NCBI GenBank assembly: GCA_965235115.1
Contig: OZ249441.1
Span: 16,802,001-16,866,000, forward strand
Source of the DNA: Laetmonice hystrix
Lineage: Eukaryota
Reading direction: 5' to 3'
Length of the DNA stretch: 64,000 nt
In this document: one piece after another, positions 24,901 to 36,900 of the stretch
Position numbering within the stretch: the first letter of the stretch is position 1
How the letters are laid out: every line of letters begins with the position of its first letter
Made by a program: the position numbers and the translations under genes
Notes under the pieces: generated by a model
Database searches by the model: none
Seen by the model: the letters and a program-made list of their open reading frames with translations, nothing else
What the model was told of the DNA's origin: nothing

Positions 24901-27852
24901 GTACGTATCTGGTGAACGACCTGCCTTCAATCAATTATCAATCAATAACTCACACGTCAATGCACAGCCGCAGTGGTGACTGTCTGGCTCTGTGTGAGGT
25001 GCAGTACCTACTTGGTTATTTATCTGGTTCAGTCTGCCATACACAATGATGCATCGACCAGGCAAAATCCTTTTGAAAACAGCAATTACATGTTTTAAGT
25101 GTTTTTATGCAGAGTATGAGAAAAACCATTCTCTGGATATTCAGATGCCAAAGCTCTTTAGAATACGACACAATACCTACTGTGCACAGCAGTGCCATCT
25201 CCTGTTCTTTACTCTACTTTTATTGCAAAGACCACCATGATGTAGATTATACCCACATGGACTTGCACAATATGACAGAAAGCCACACTTCCCACATTGG
25301 AATTCAGAACAGACCCCTACCAGCCCATTCCGAATGAATTTTTCATGGCTATTCAAAGAGAAAGCGTTCTTTTTTTTGATCGGCTCCAGCGTTTTGCCAT
25401 GCCAGACTGCCATGGATAAGACTGTTCTCGTGGCCTAGATTGTCTGCTACCATGTAATTGGACAATCGGTGCAGTAAATTGCACCAGCATCCCTAGAGTT
25501 CCTGGCATCTGGCCCTGTGGTACGGCAGCTATCTCAGCTTCATCCCACATCCTACTGCACGGTCGCTGTGTCTACACTGTCTGCAGACACTGTATCGAAC
25601 AGTTTTAGTATTATATATGGGACTTGTCTAATTCCTTATAATACCTATGATAATTTTTCTGCCCTGTACAGTGCACGTTCTTCCAATAGGAAAGTAATCT
25701 ATATATATTTTCAATGCTTCCAAGATGCTGCTCTTCTCCAACATTTGCTTTTGATCCTTTGACCTTCCAGGCAGAATGTCTGACCTGAGGTTACATTCCG
25801 TCCTATCCACCATTATCTCTCCCACTCAGCTGTCCTTCCAACTAAATCTTTTAGTTTTTTAAACTACAAAAGATTAATGTCATCGCAAGACTAAGGGCCA
25901 TGGTCTTTCTCACAACTCTGCTTCATGTGTGAGACAGGCCACACACATGTGACGTGTCATTGAGGCACGGTATTTTGCGACGTTTTGACACAAAAGCCGC
26001 ATAAACTACCGGTACTGGTATGTCTCAATATTTAGTACAAGGCGTGTGTATTAAACGAAACATTCTGTTGTAAGCCTTACATTACAAATAACCAAACTAA
26101 CGGTTACCAATCCATTAACAATTCTAGTTTATTAAAACAGCCATTTGACAAAACTTACAAGTGTCGACCTACCGGTACGTTACATTTGACGATCGTTTTT
26201 CCTTATCCCATCTGACCTGTAGTTACTTATAGTACATCCACAAAAAATGTCTTGGAACAAAATGTTCCCCTACTTCTGAAGTCTAACACTTTCTTTACTT
26301 CCTCTTTACTTGAGAACCAAAATCGTACACATCTTGCTATGTTACTAGGATCCAATCATAATGTCCTCTTGAGGTTCTCTCAACTTGCATTAGAATAAAC
26401 ACAGCTTTCCTCATCCAGGGAATGGGGAATACGACCTATGATTCAGACCCATCAACCAAGTGGGAAGATTCTATTTGATGTCTCGGCTCACAGATCTGTG
26501 AAGGAATCACCGTGAGAGGGACCGCCTCTGATGTAGCAACAGACAAACCAACTCAGAGACGCACAGCGAGTTGCACCGTAAGGAACGCGTAGAGACGAGT
26601 GTTTTTGGTAACCGAGATAAAAAAAAGGGTAAGGGTTGCCTGTGCTGTTCATAACAACCATGAGGGTGCACTGCGGCACAACCTAGAATGGCCACCGATG
26701 TAGTATTGCCAGGTGTGATAGAACTAATGCAGGACATGTGATGCTGGCAATGTGCGAAAAATGTAGGCCTTGTGTTTGTGTGCCCTGAGGGTCGGCAAAA
26801 ATAGAGCACGCTGAACACCTGGATCCAGCCTCTTGCTTGTCTGTCAATATCACGACATGATAAAACGATCAGGTGTGCCTGGTGGCGGGCACCTTCACAC
26901 CCCCACCCCCACCCACATCCACACCCACACCCACACCCTCCCCAATATCATCTCTCCCACACTGACACAATTCTTCATCGCCTCCGTGATCATACACTGA
27001 AACAATGAGTCGGGGTTCCTACCATCTCCCCATCACCCTGGCAACGAGATGAGACTGTCTCCACACAACCTCCTTAGCAACAACATACATTTTACTTTCC
27101 TTCTAGTGTAGACAGGGCAGAGTGGCAAGCAGCGTTCCCCTTAGCAACAGAAGTAGCAGCAGCAGTAGCGCTGTGTCCAGTAATTGTGTTTGTCCAACAC
27201 ATTTCACGTTACAAGATTTAACAATATCTCATAATACAAGGTATGCTCTGCACTCCGGGCCGAACTAACTCTATCTTCAAATAGATTAGTTCGATGTATT
27301 TTTCATTTTCCAGACAGAATCTTTTTAATGTGTTTTAATGTGTATTTAATTCGTTCATTTCCTTTGCGATTCGTGTATCTGTCCTTGTCGAAAGCAATAC
27401 TCTTTCTCCTGCTCAGGATACAGACTGACGCCTACCGTAGATTTCCATACATACTTTGAAGGGGAGACATACAGAAACATATTTTCAGCACAGATTATGA
27501 ATATACGTAGTTAGTTGTCATTTATAATGTCATATAATACGGCTAATAGGGAGATGAGTGGTCCCGACAAGTTACAAATTACATGTATACGTTATATTAA
27601 CTGGTATCCTTATTTCAGTGCATTATTATGTGCATATAATACATTATTGAGTAATGTTAGTGCTTTATATATCGTTTGAATAAGAAAAACCACATGGTTA
27701 CTTACCCATACGAAGAAGTTGATGGTGAACAGACAATATTTAATCCAGAAGCTGCACTGACAACAACGTTCATAGGTTGTTGGCGCTGGGTACTGTTCTA
27801 CAGAATCGCACCTGACCAAAGCCGAGTGGTCAGTGGGGCTGGACGACCTCAT
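9736..27852 (-). CDS. TSPAN33: Tetraspanin, TspanC8 group (TSPAN33-like), 5' part of gene; partial
   Basis: Exon 27852-27706 (ATG...TGG|gtaagt) and exon 9921-9736 (ttccag|GTG...GGG|gtaagt) join in phase 0: MRSSSPTDHSALVRCDSVEQYPAPTTYERCCQCSFWIKYCLFTINFFVW|VGGVCLIAIGIWARIEKAKLGSFDNLATDPAFFLLAVGCIMFLISIFGCIGSLRENICLLKG. TM1/TM2, DPA and GCIGSLRENICLL match TSPAN33 as I recall it. TM3, the large loop and TM4 exons were not found in 1-9735. Confidence 0.85.
14151..14185. repeat. (ACTCA)7 microsatellite
   Basis: Seen directly; immediately preceded by an AATAAA. Confidence 0.95.
15026..15412. mobile_element. MITE, Tc1/mariner-like (TA TSD), long imperfect TIRs
   Basis: TA|CAGGGTG...CACCCTG|TA; arms remain alignable for ~140 bp. 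Confidence 0.85.
15626..16427. repeat. 396-bp tandem duplication (2 copies)
   Basis: 15626-16021 and 16022-16417 differ at about 6 sites; 10-bp TGCTAA(C/T)AAC at the junctions. Confidence 0.95.
16995..17215 (-). mobile_element. SINE-like remnant (Nin-domain-like core) with (ACTC)n tail
   Basis: GGGATCTTAACGTGC...ACACGGC...GCAGTCGGCAGCACTG core and minus-strand 3' end GATATATAGCTGAAATACTGCTGACAGGACGTTAAAC plus ACTC repeats; family assignment from memory. Confidence 0.45.
19555..19994. mobile_element. Palindromic non-autonomous DNA-transposon-like element
   Basis: Near-perfect ~80-bp-arm inverted repeat at 19820-19994 with a CGCTTCGCTCG centre; repeated TTTGAAG/CTTCAAA motifs from 19570 onward; boundaries and TSD unclear. 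Confidence 0.6.
19657..19670 (+). promoter_or_regulatory. CTCF consensus motif inside a repeat element
   Basis: CCGCTAGGTGGCGC is a full match to the core consensus. Confidence 0.5.
21180..22630. promoter_or_regulatory. Orphan promoter-like CpG-rich region inside the tetraspanin intron
   Basis: YY1-like CGCCATTT(T) at 21182, 21796, 22584; NRF1-like CATGCGCAGT 21336; CCAAT 21837; ETS CCGGAAGT 21860; CRE-like TGACGTC 21869. Confidence 0.4.
27706..27852 (-). CDS. TSPAN33: Tetraspanin coding exon 1 (N-tail and TM1)
   Basis: 147 nt, gccATG context, IKYCLFTINFFVW motif, donor gtaagt. Confidence 0.88.
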
Positions 27853-28016
27853 GGCCGGTCTCTTATGTGTCACATGTGTGGAGGTCGTGTTAACACCCTT
27901 CACCTGATTCAACCACACCCAGTGTTCCGTCATCGAACTGCTGCCACGGCTGCGCTGTCAAATCAAATCAGTGACGTTCAGATAATTTGCAAAATATCCT
28001 GTCAATTATCAAGACA

Positions 28017-28026
28017 ATGACGTCAT
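28017..28026. promoter_or_regulatory. Perfect CRE palindrome ATGACGTCAT near tetraspanin coding exon 1
   Basis: 10-bp palindrome ~165 bp upstream of the ATG at 27852. Confidence 0.35.
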
Positions 28027-30044
28027 AATCAGCTTAATTACACCTCAACTTCCTACGACAAATAGTTATAGTGGATGGTTATCAACGTATAATGGCGCTG
28101 GTTGGTTTTATGAATTTGGGGTCCATGAGGGGTTTAGGAAATGAATAACTGCCTCACGGTAAGCTTTGTGATCTCAGACGGTCGGCTGGAGAATGGCTCG
28201 TCATACGAGATTCAGTTCGAGCTTTAACTAGATCATCCTAATGACGTATTAATACCGTACTGCAGCATCCACTGTGTGAACGTCTGACAATGCATATGTT
28301 ACTCATGAATTTACATCAAGAATGGGAATTAAGGTATCAATAATCAATTAGCTATACCCAAATGGCACTGTGAATGTGGTCTGTGATAAAAATAAAGGAC
28401 AGAGTTGCTTCTGTGTATATGCGGAGCGAACTGTAAGCGACGCCAAACGGCATAATTTATACTCCATGTACATCAACCTCCTCATCTGATGTTTCACCTA
28501 TGTAATCTGTTCTGCACACCTGAATCGGTTGATCACACGACTAAATAAAACTTTAAAGAGTTTGCTGGACTGACCGATCAGAACCGAAAAGAATAAACTG
28601 AGCTGGAAAAAAATTCGTCTGGAGAAAGTCAACTATCTCATGTTGTGGTAACTAAATGTAAAACGATCTTAAGTTAGAGGCAACATGGCAATACTAATAA
28701 AACCTCACATCTATTATCAGAGTCATGTAAAATGAAAAAAAAAACAAATCTCAGTTCAAAAAGAACCTGTAAAAAAGGACTGAGGACATTACTAATACGG
28801 AATAGTAATTTTAAACAAAGGTGTCGAGCAGATTCTGTCAATTGACTTAATCCTTTCTGGTCGATGTTGGCTCACTAATTGTTGGAACCACAGTTTCTTT
28901 ATTGGAAGGTTCTTTGTCTGTAAAACAATCGGTGATTACGGTGAACACATTTTTTCTAACCTTATGGAAAAGGGTGCCGGTAAAGAGATGCGAGAGTGTT
29001 TCTTTTCAAATCATAAACAGGTGGGCTTTGAATAGAGACGTGATTGAAATAGCCACAGGCGGGGGAGATTATTTCTCTGATCAAATTTTAGTCAGACAAT
29101 ATGAATTGAAGCGCCGAGATTTCCCCTTTTCGTAAGGTTCTTGAGAAAGGCCTACACCCGTGTCCTGTCTGTGGTCCCCATGCTGGTTATCGCCATATTT
29201 CGCCATGTGTCCTGCCATAGAGAAACATTACTCTTAACTGAAGCGAATTCCAACTCGATTTGTGAAAGTATTCAGGGAAAGAAGGAAAAAACAATTTACC
29301 GATACACATGTCCGGTTTTGGGTCTTGATTTGTTACAAGTTACATGATGGCATTGGTAAAAACGGTTCATTTCATTAATTGTCTTGGACCTGGCCTTTTC
29401 CTTTGTTCCACGTTTAACTCACGTTGAAGAAGGGGCATTTTCTTTCATTTTAGATTTCGTAAATTCGTGGAATTCTGGCAGATTAAAGTCCATTCCGCCA
29501 ACCCCTCTGCTGCCAGGTACCAGTCAGTCTAAAGTGTTGCATTGGTAGAGACGTAAATCATAGCCGAATGAAAACAGAGCTCAATTCCTCTTTACACACA
29601 ACAGGGTTCCATGCAAAATCTAGGCACATGCCAATCTTGCCTCCGAAGTGCTAAAATAAGGAGGTCCCTACTACTGATCCTTGCACGAAGTAAACCCAGC
29701 ATGCTTGGTATCATACTGGGACAGATCGAAATCTAGCCAACATGATGGCTCTAACCTAGGTACATCTGTGGGATACCGTATAGACTGTAGGTTTCCTCCT
29801 TTCACGGTAAAACGCCACACCCCAACAATCATAAAAAAAATACTTGACAAGGTCTCGCCTACAGTTATGTCTCACTACAAACTGTGGTCGGGTCACCTGG
29901 CATATCGCCCGTTCATAACGCCGCCTGCTCCGACACCACTGCCGGTAGCAATGCCAACAATGACGCCCACACCCATGCCAACGCTAACATTGATACTCCC
30001 GCCATACAATGCCATTTTCAACAGCAACATTCACACTCTAGATA

Positions 30045-30113
30045 ACTGATAATGATCGGAAAAATAAAACATATCCCCACTGATAATGAAATCGGAAAAA
30101 TAAAACATATCCC
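30045..30113. repeat. ~35-bp tandem duplication
   Basis: ACTGATAATGA(AA)TCGGAAAAATAAAACATATCCC x2. Confidence 0.9.
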
Positions 30114-32120
30114 ATTTTATTCCAACAAAACTCCAGTTACCCTATTTTTACATTATTATTCAGATTTCTAGGATCTGATTCAGATAGGATCCGATTCTGC
30201 CACTGGGATTCGACTCGAAAATTGGTTATATAATTATTGTAATTAGAGGGTGCAAAGCTAGTAGGTTGTTACCCGGCAATTTCTCTATAAGAGGTCCGGA
30301 AAAGGTCCTGAACTTAAACCGGATCCTAACTTCACACTGCTTGCATGTCCCAGATTCCCTACTCTTCAAGACACTTTTTCTGGATTTTACTGGATCGTCA
30401 TTTGTTTGATTAATTATGAATTAAATAGTTGGTTTTTTTTAAATCCTTCTAGGCCATTCACACGAATATGTCCCACCAGGTACCTTGGAGGAGAAAGCTT
30501 GAAATATACGTATCTGCTAACATGTTTTCAACATTGTTCAGTATGACTGGTAAACGTTTCCTATCCTGCTTCCCAGGTTGGACACAGCAGGTAGCTCCTA
30601 GGGCATCCACGTACATTTACCCGATCTCTGTGTATCCAAAGTGTCATCTTTCACTGATTGTTTGGCCATGGATTCGTACGCCAGCAGGATACTTTCCTAC
30701 AGACATTCGGTAGATAACAGGCTGACAAGTGTCACTAACTAAAGGATCCAAAGTCTCGCTACAAAACAGTTATTTTCGTTCTCTTAAAAACAACTTTTTT
30801 GAAGAAATCAAAAGTTGGCTAAAATTCCAACCCGTGGGACGATACTGTTATTAAAATGCAATGGTTTGAGCCAAGAAAAGCTGAGGTGAAGATGACGAAA
30901 GGCTGTCAGTAACCTGGCCCGCCTGCCATGCTAGCTTCAGTCACAAGGCGACATGCCATCACCCCATCAGTCACAGGAAGAGCAACTACATTTCTGAAGC
31001 AAACTCGACAATGCTAAATGTGGTGCTTCACGCATCTTCTTTTGTCTGTTTTCTTTTGTCTGACACAAACATAAATATTTTCTTGCAGTATCAGCAGGAC
31101 TATTTCATGGTACAGGATACAACTTTTGAAAACATACCTGTATGTATTTCGACAATCAGGCGAAAGGGTACCAGACAAAAATATTAAAAACGCAAGCATA
31201 GCAGACTTAGCAGTGGATCAAGTCTTTATGATTTGTGGTGAACTGCACCGGTCTAACCTACTGGCAGTAATTAGTATTTTTTCATGACACCTGCATGCCT
31301 TACCGTTTCTCGGAGAGGAATGGTAATCAAGATTTCGATGGAGTTTAATTAACGGTGAGAAAGGATTAATATTTTATGAAACGCTAACTATAGTTCTTCA
31401 GACATCCTAATGTCACGCTCTTGAAGTTTCGTTCAATCCCATCTTAAAATTTTCCCCATCATAAATATCCTATGTCCCCAGAGTATACTGAATTCTTAGA
31501 CCGTAACTGCATATACAAGTGTGCTTTCTGCTCCTTGTCCCACTGTACCAGACTGATGTCGTATATTGTACCGGAGGAGGCTCAAGGTTAGCCAGTTTTA
31601 GTCTGATGATACATAGAGAGTAGTACTGTACTATAGCGACCTTCAACCCTCTGACCTACGTTTACAGCATAGACAAGGGTAACGTTGGACCGTCTCCATG
31701 CAGGCAGACACCCTGCCGATCTACGATTACTCCACTCAAAGGGGGAAATCTGTCTCATCCTGTCTTATGCAGGGGTAACTTGTAATGTAGTTCTTTCCTG
31801 GCTGGACCTGAAACTACATGCCATCACAGATATTGCACGAGTAGTATATGGTGATGTACGATACCATCAACCTAATGAAGCCGACATGTTTCCGCCACAA
31901 GAGGCCATCAGACTGATAAACCGGACACTGCGATTGACCATAAAGGACGTAATAGACAATCGCAGCCAATCTGGTTGGGGAGGGGGGGGGGGATGCTGCA
32001 AAATGCTAGTTAACGTCAGACATCCCCAGGGGGATTACGTCCCTGCGAATCGACCGTTTCATGTAATATGTGATATCATACATGAGATCGTTCGTTTACC
32101 GACAAACGTTTCTCGGACTT

Positions 32121-32493
32121 CAGGGCTTGTCCTTTGAAAAAAGCAGGTGCACAAAATTTTGTGCGCCTTGAAAGAGGTAGGCGCGCATTTTTTTGTGCAA
32201 CTAAAATGTGGTAGGCGCACAATTTATTCTTGGGTCAGATGAGGTGTAATAGTGTGTATCCTCGCAACCGTCACACATCCCATCCGTCTTGACTTCTGTT
32301 AATGATCAACCATAGGCACATGGTTACTGCCAGGGTACAAGCACATTAGTATTATATACATTACAAGTAGTCTGAGGCGCGCAAATTTTCAAGTTTTATT
32401 TTTGCAAGGTGCGCGTTTTTTGCGCGCCTCTGTCCTATTTTAGGCGCGCCATGGCGCGCGCGCGCAATTGCGCGCCTTAAAAGACAAGCCCTG
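32121..32493. mobile_element. hAT-like MITE with 6-bp TSD GGACTT
   Basis: TIR CAGGGCTTGTC..TTT / AAAAGACAAGCCCTG; GGACTT on both sides; many (G)GCGCGC/GTGCGC subterminal motifs. Confidence 0.85.
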
Positions 32494-32749
32494 GGACTTG
32501 GAACGATTTCAAAGCATCCGGCTATACCGCTATGATAATTAGGCCTACGTCAGCATAAAATCTTAGTCTGGCAACTTTCATCCCGAGTTTTCTCATTTAA
32601 CATCGTTTTTTTAACCTTCCTTGGCTTAGACTTATGATTCTACAGAATTACTGAATACAACAATGTATTTTGAAACATTTACCATACGAAAGCCAGCCAA
32701 GTGAAGCTACGTGGACATTGTCGATCCAATTATTAGACAATGTCTATGT

Positions 32750-33922
32750 ACATTAGTATGGTAGAGCATACGGCAGAATGATGTGGGATTTACAACATTA
32801 GTATGGTAGAGTATACGGCAGAATGATGTGGGATTCACAACATTAGTATGGTAGAGTATACGGCAGAATGATGTGGGATTCACAACATTAGTATGGTAGA
32901 GTATACGGCAGAATGATGTGGGATTCACAACATTAGTATGGTAGAGTATACGGCAGAATGATGTGGGATTCACAACATTAGCATGGTAGAGTATACGGCA
33001 GAATGATGTGGGATTCACAACATTAGCATGGTAGAGTATACGGCAGAATGATGTGGGAGTCACAACATTAGTATGGTAGAGTATACGGCAGAATGATGTG
33101 GGATTCACAACATTAGTATGGTAGAGTATACGGCAGAATGATGTGGGATTCACAACATTAGTATGGTAGAGTATACGGCAGAATGATGTGGGATTCACAA
33201 CATTAGTATGGTAGAGTATACGGCAGAATGATGTGGGATTCACAACATTAGTATGGTAGAGTATACGGCAGAATGATGTGGGATTCACAACATTAGTATG
33301 GTAGAGTATACGGCAGAATGATGTGGGATTCACAACATTAGTATGGTAGAGTATACGGCAGAATGATGTGGGATTCACAACATTAGTATGGTAGAGTATA
33401 CGGCAGAATGATGTGGGATTCACAACATTAGTATGGTAGAGTATACGGCAGAATGATGTGGGGTTCACAACATTAGTATGGTAGAGTATACGGCAGAATG
33501 ATGTGGGATTCACAACATTAGTATGGTAGAGTATACGGCAGAATGATGTGGGATTCACAACATTAGTATGGTAGAGTATACGGCAGAATGATGTGGGATT
33601 CACAACATTAGTATGGTAGAGTATACGGCAGAATGATGTGGGATTCACAACATTAGCATGGTAGAGTATACGGCAGAATGATGTGGGATTCACAACATTA
33701 GTATGGTAGAGTATACGGCAGAATGATGTGGGATTCACAACATTAGCATGGTAGAGTATACGGCAGAATGATGTGGGATTCACAACATTAGTATGGTAGA
33801 GTATAAGGCAGAATGATGTGGGATTCACAACATTAGTATGGTAGAGTATACGCCAGAATGATGTGGGGTTCACAACATTAGTATGGTAGAGTATACGGCA
33901 GAATGATGTGGGGTTCACAACA
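32750..33922. repeat. 45-bp minisatellite, ~26 copies
   Basis: Unit CACAACATTAGTATGGTAGAGTATACGGCAGAATGATGTGGGATT; 25 full copies at 32791-33915 plus partial ends; no spacers. Confidence 0.98.
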
Positions 33923-36900
33923 AAGCACGCAAGCACCAGTCAGAATTTTCTTTACGAAAGCCAATATCCAGACATGCCAACAGGTCAGGCTACAGTTTTA
34001 TGTCTCAGGTGGGCAAACAATGTGAAGATCTTCTTCATATATCTCAAGTTGAACAAAAATATTGCTATGCACGTACACCACCTCAAATGTAAATACATTT
34101 TCACCATATTTCAAAGAAAGAAGTGCTGACTTTCAAGACTCAAGAATGAGAAGAACAGTATCTAGGATATGTACCTGAAGATAATTTCTTTTCAATGTGA
34201 GCAAAGTGAACCTTTTGTCTTTGATAACATGACTTGTCTGATGTCTACTCCGTTGCATGCGACATATCAACATCACAGGATGGCTGCTGGTACATTGAAT
34301 GACTGAACCAGCCACGCGATTAACTCAGTGCTGTGGAGTTTTGTGAGACATGTTCCAGCTTTTCCCTAGACCCTAGACCTGCAGACCTACTGACTTGGAC
34401 TGTTGTAAACCAGTGCCAAGGGGTATGACCAGCTTGATGATTGAATGACATGAATTCACTTCAGTAACCCTGGTTACGAGTAATCATACTGAAACACAAC
34501 TCAAACAATTTAGTGAACATCCCATACCAAGAACTGTCGGCAACTAATCCAACCAATCCTATTATATACAATCTGTCTCAAACAAATGACTGTAATATTA
34601 TGCATAAGTAACAGGGAAGCCACAATAGATAAAAGATGAAGCCGCAACAAAAGGGTCGTTCCAAACGAACAAAACTGGTTCGTAAAATATGTAAAATATT
34701 CTGTTATATAATGGTCTGTTTGAGTAATTATCTACTTCTATCCAGGTAAATGGCAACATGGGCTTGCTGCATGTTCACATCAGTAGAGTTAAATTCTTGT
34801 CATTGACTGATCAGGGTGGACACATTTTCCTTATGATATATCGACACATGTGCTACAATATTAATCATCCAGATACCAAGTCAAAGCGGGACAGATTCGA
34901 AGTGTGGTCCTTCATTCAATTACACTGAAAATCTATCAGCATCTTTTGTTAACACAAAGCTCCTGTTTTTGTGATCACCTATCGTCGCCGACACCCCCAT
35001 GTTACTACTTACAATCTCCGCGGCCAATTCTCCACCAGTCTCACCGTTCTTATCTTAGCGAGCACGTACCGCTACCAGACAGGACCGGGGGGCCACACCT
35101 TATGGCTATCACATGTCTCCTCACCTTCTGACAGACAGGGTCAGCCTCAATAGACAGGGTGAAGGTCATCTGCCCAGATCTGTACCACAAGTCATATAAT
35201 ACCACTGATAGAAGCTACCATGTACCCCAATATTGCCGGACTATCATAGCGCGAGCAGAAATAAATACACAATCACATGTGTAAGCAAATCTCCCATTAT
35301 GTCATCTATTTGTCAAATCATCGCACTGCTCAGAAGATAAAAGTATAAAATACATGTCTATACAAGTATCGGGAGGCATAATTTTACCCTAATGCTTACC
35401 CTGTCTATCTGGACAATGGACTGAATCCATCATAGGTGTGATTAATTATTTAGTGTTAGTTCCATTAAACTAAAAGGCAACCAACGTTCCTCATGGTGGC
35501 GGGTACCACGGGTCCATGACAATATTAATCCTGTCACGTGAAAAATGCCACCTACTCGGCCATATAACCTTTTTACAAGTGCATCGGGTGACAGATGCCC
35601 AGACAGGCCATTTAAATTTGGACAATGGTTGCGCTGTTAGCACCATGTGTCAAAAAAAGTACTTAAGCGAGGTAATTTGCCAAGTCTGGCCTGACTTAGC
35701 GATTTGTAAGCAACAGCTGAAACATCGCTGGCCCCTGTTTATTTTTATACCTCCGCTACCAGCGGATTTTACCTGACATTGCAGTCCGACATAAATGATT
35801 AAATAAAATTGCACAATTTGCACAAATGTATATGTCAACATTTGATCTGATAGTAGCCCTATATTGGACAAAATAAACAGATACAGTCATTAAATGACTA
35901 AGCGGATATAAATTTCGATATGAACCTATTTCAATTTCATGTTGCTATGACTCATATAAAAATAACATTGATAATATTCAATCTACCCTTCATACTTGGC
36001 TACCAGCATTCCGTCACTGTCTAATGTGAGGCATAGACTAGAGGGTGTTTATTACCAGTACCCGGGTATACATGGATCTGTTTCACATACATGCTAAATG
36101 TGAATGGCTCCATTTGGTGAATCTGCAGGTGGCAAAGTGGCTATCATGACCTCTGCCCTTTCAATATGACCTCTAACAAAGCAGCCCTACCGGATCAGTC
36201 CAGGAATATATTCGCGCCAGCAGGCAGGTCGCCCCCACATCCTGTGTGGGGAGGAGTTAAGGCAAGAGCGGGGTTTCTGAGATGTGTAGTTGGTGTAGGG
36301 TGTTCGACGGGATCCCCATGGTCCGCGCTAATGGTCCTCAATCACCGGTTTCACATTATCAGTTCATACTATCAGTTGCGACTAACAGCTGTCGGCAGAA
36401 CGTGAACCTAGCAATCCATGCACCAAGTCTATTATCCATTGCAAGTTTTATCCTTGTATCCCTGATAAAGTTTACATTTTTGCTGCAAATGTTGACTTTA
36501 TGTTGCTATGTGAAAGCATGATCCCTCAGAATCCGCGATTCCAAGTTCGTAACGTCAAAGGCCCACAATTTCTCTCTCAGGAAACGCAAACTTTTCATCG
36601 TGGTTTTTTTTCTAGGTGCACCGCCGGCCTTTAAAAACTATGATCGGTTGCCTCCTGTATTCCCCTTCATTACACTTTTACGTCAACCTGATCCAGCATT
36701 CAGCATCTGTACAACAGCTGCGTACAATCACTCATTCTAGCATTAAAATTTCGATGTTCCCTTGAGTGCAAAAACAAATGCACTCCCTAAGAAAGAGAAA
36801 TTAATTCATACTTGTCCCCAGGCTAGCTTTAAGTATTTTCCAGTGTGTGAAAAGGTTTCCTTTTATGTAATGTGAAAACCACCATTGAAATGAAGTGATG

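Noticed and set aside
32707-33936. 409-aa ORF as a real gene, or the array as CRISPR
   Set aside because: The ORF results from a 45-bp (multiple of 3) unit lacking stops in one frame. The units are contiguous with no unique spacers, the context is eukaryotic, and there are no cas genes.
34434-34492. C/D-box snoRNA (TTGATGA...CTGA)
   Set aside because: Imperfect C box, no terminal stem, short, and antisense to the likely host transcript.
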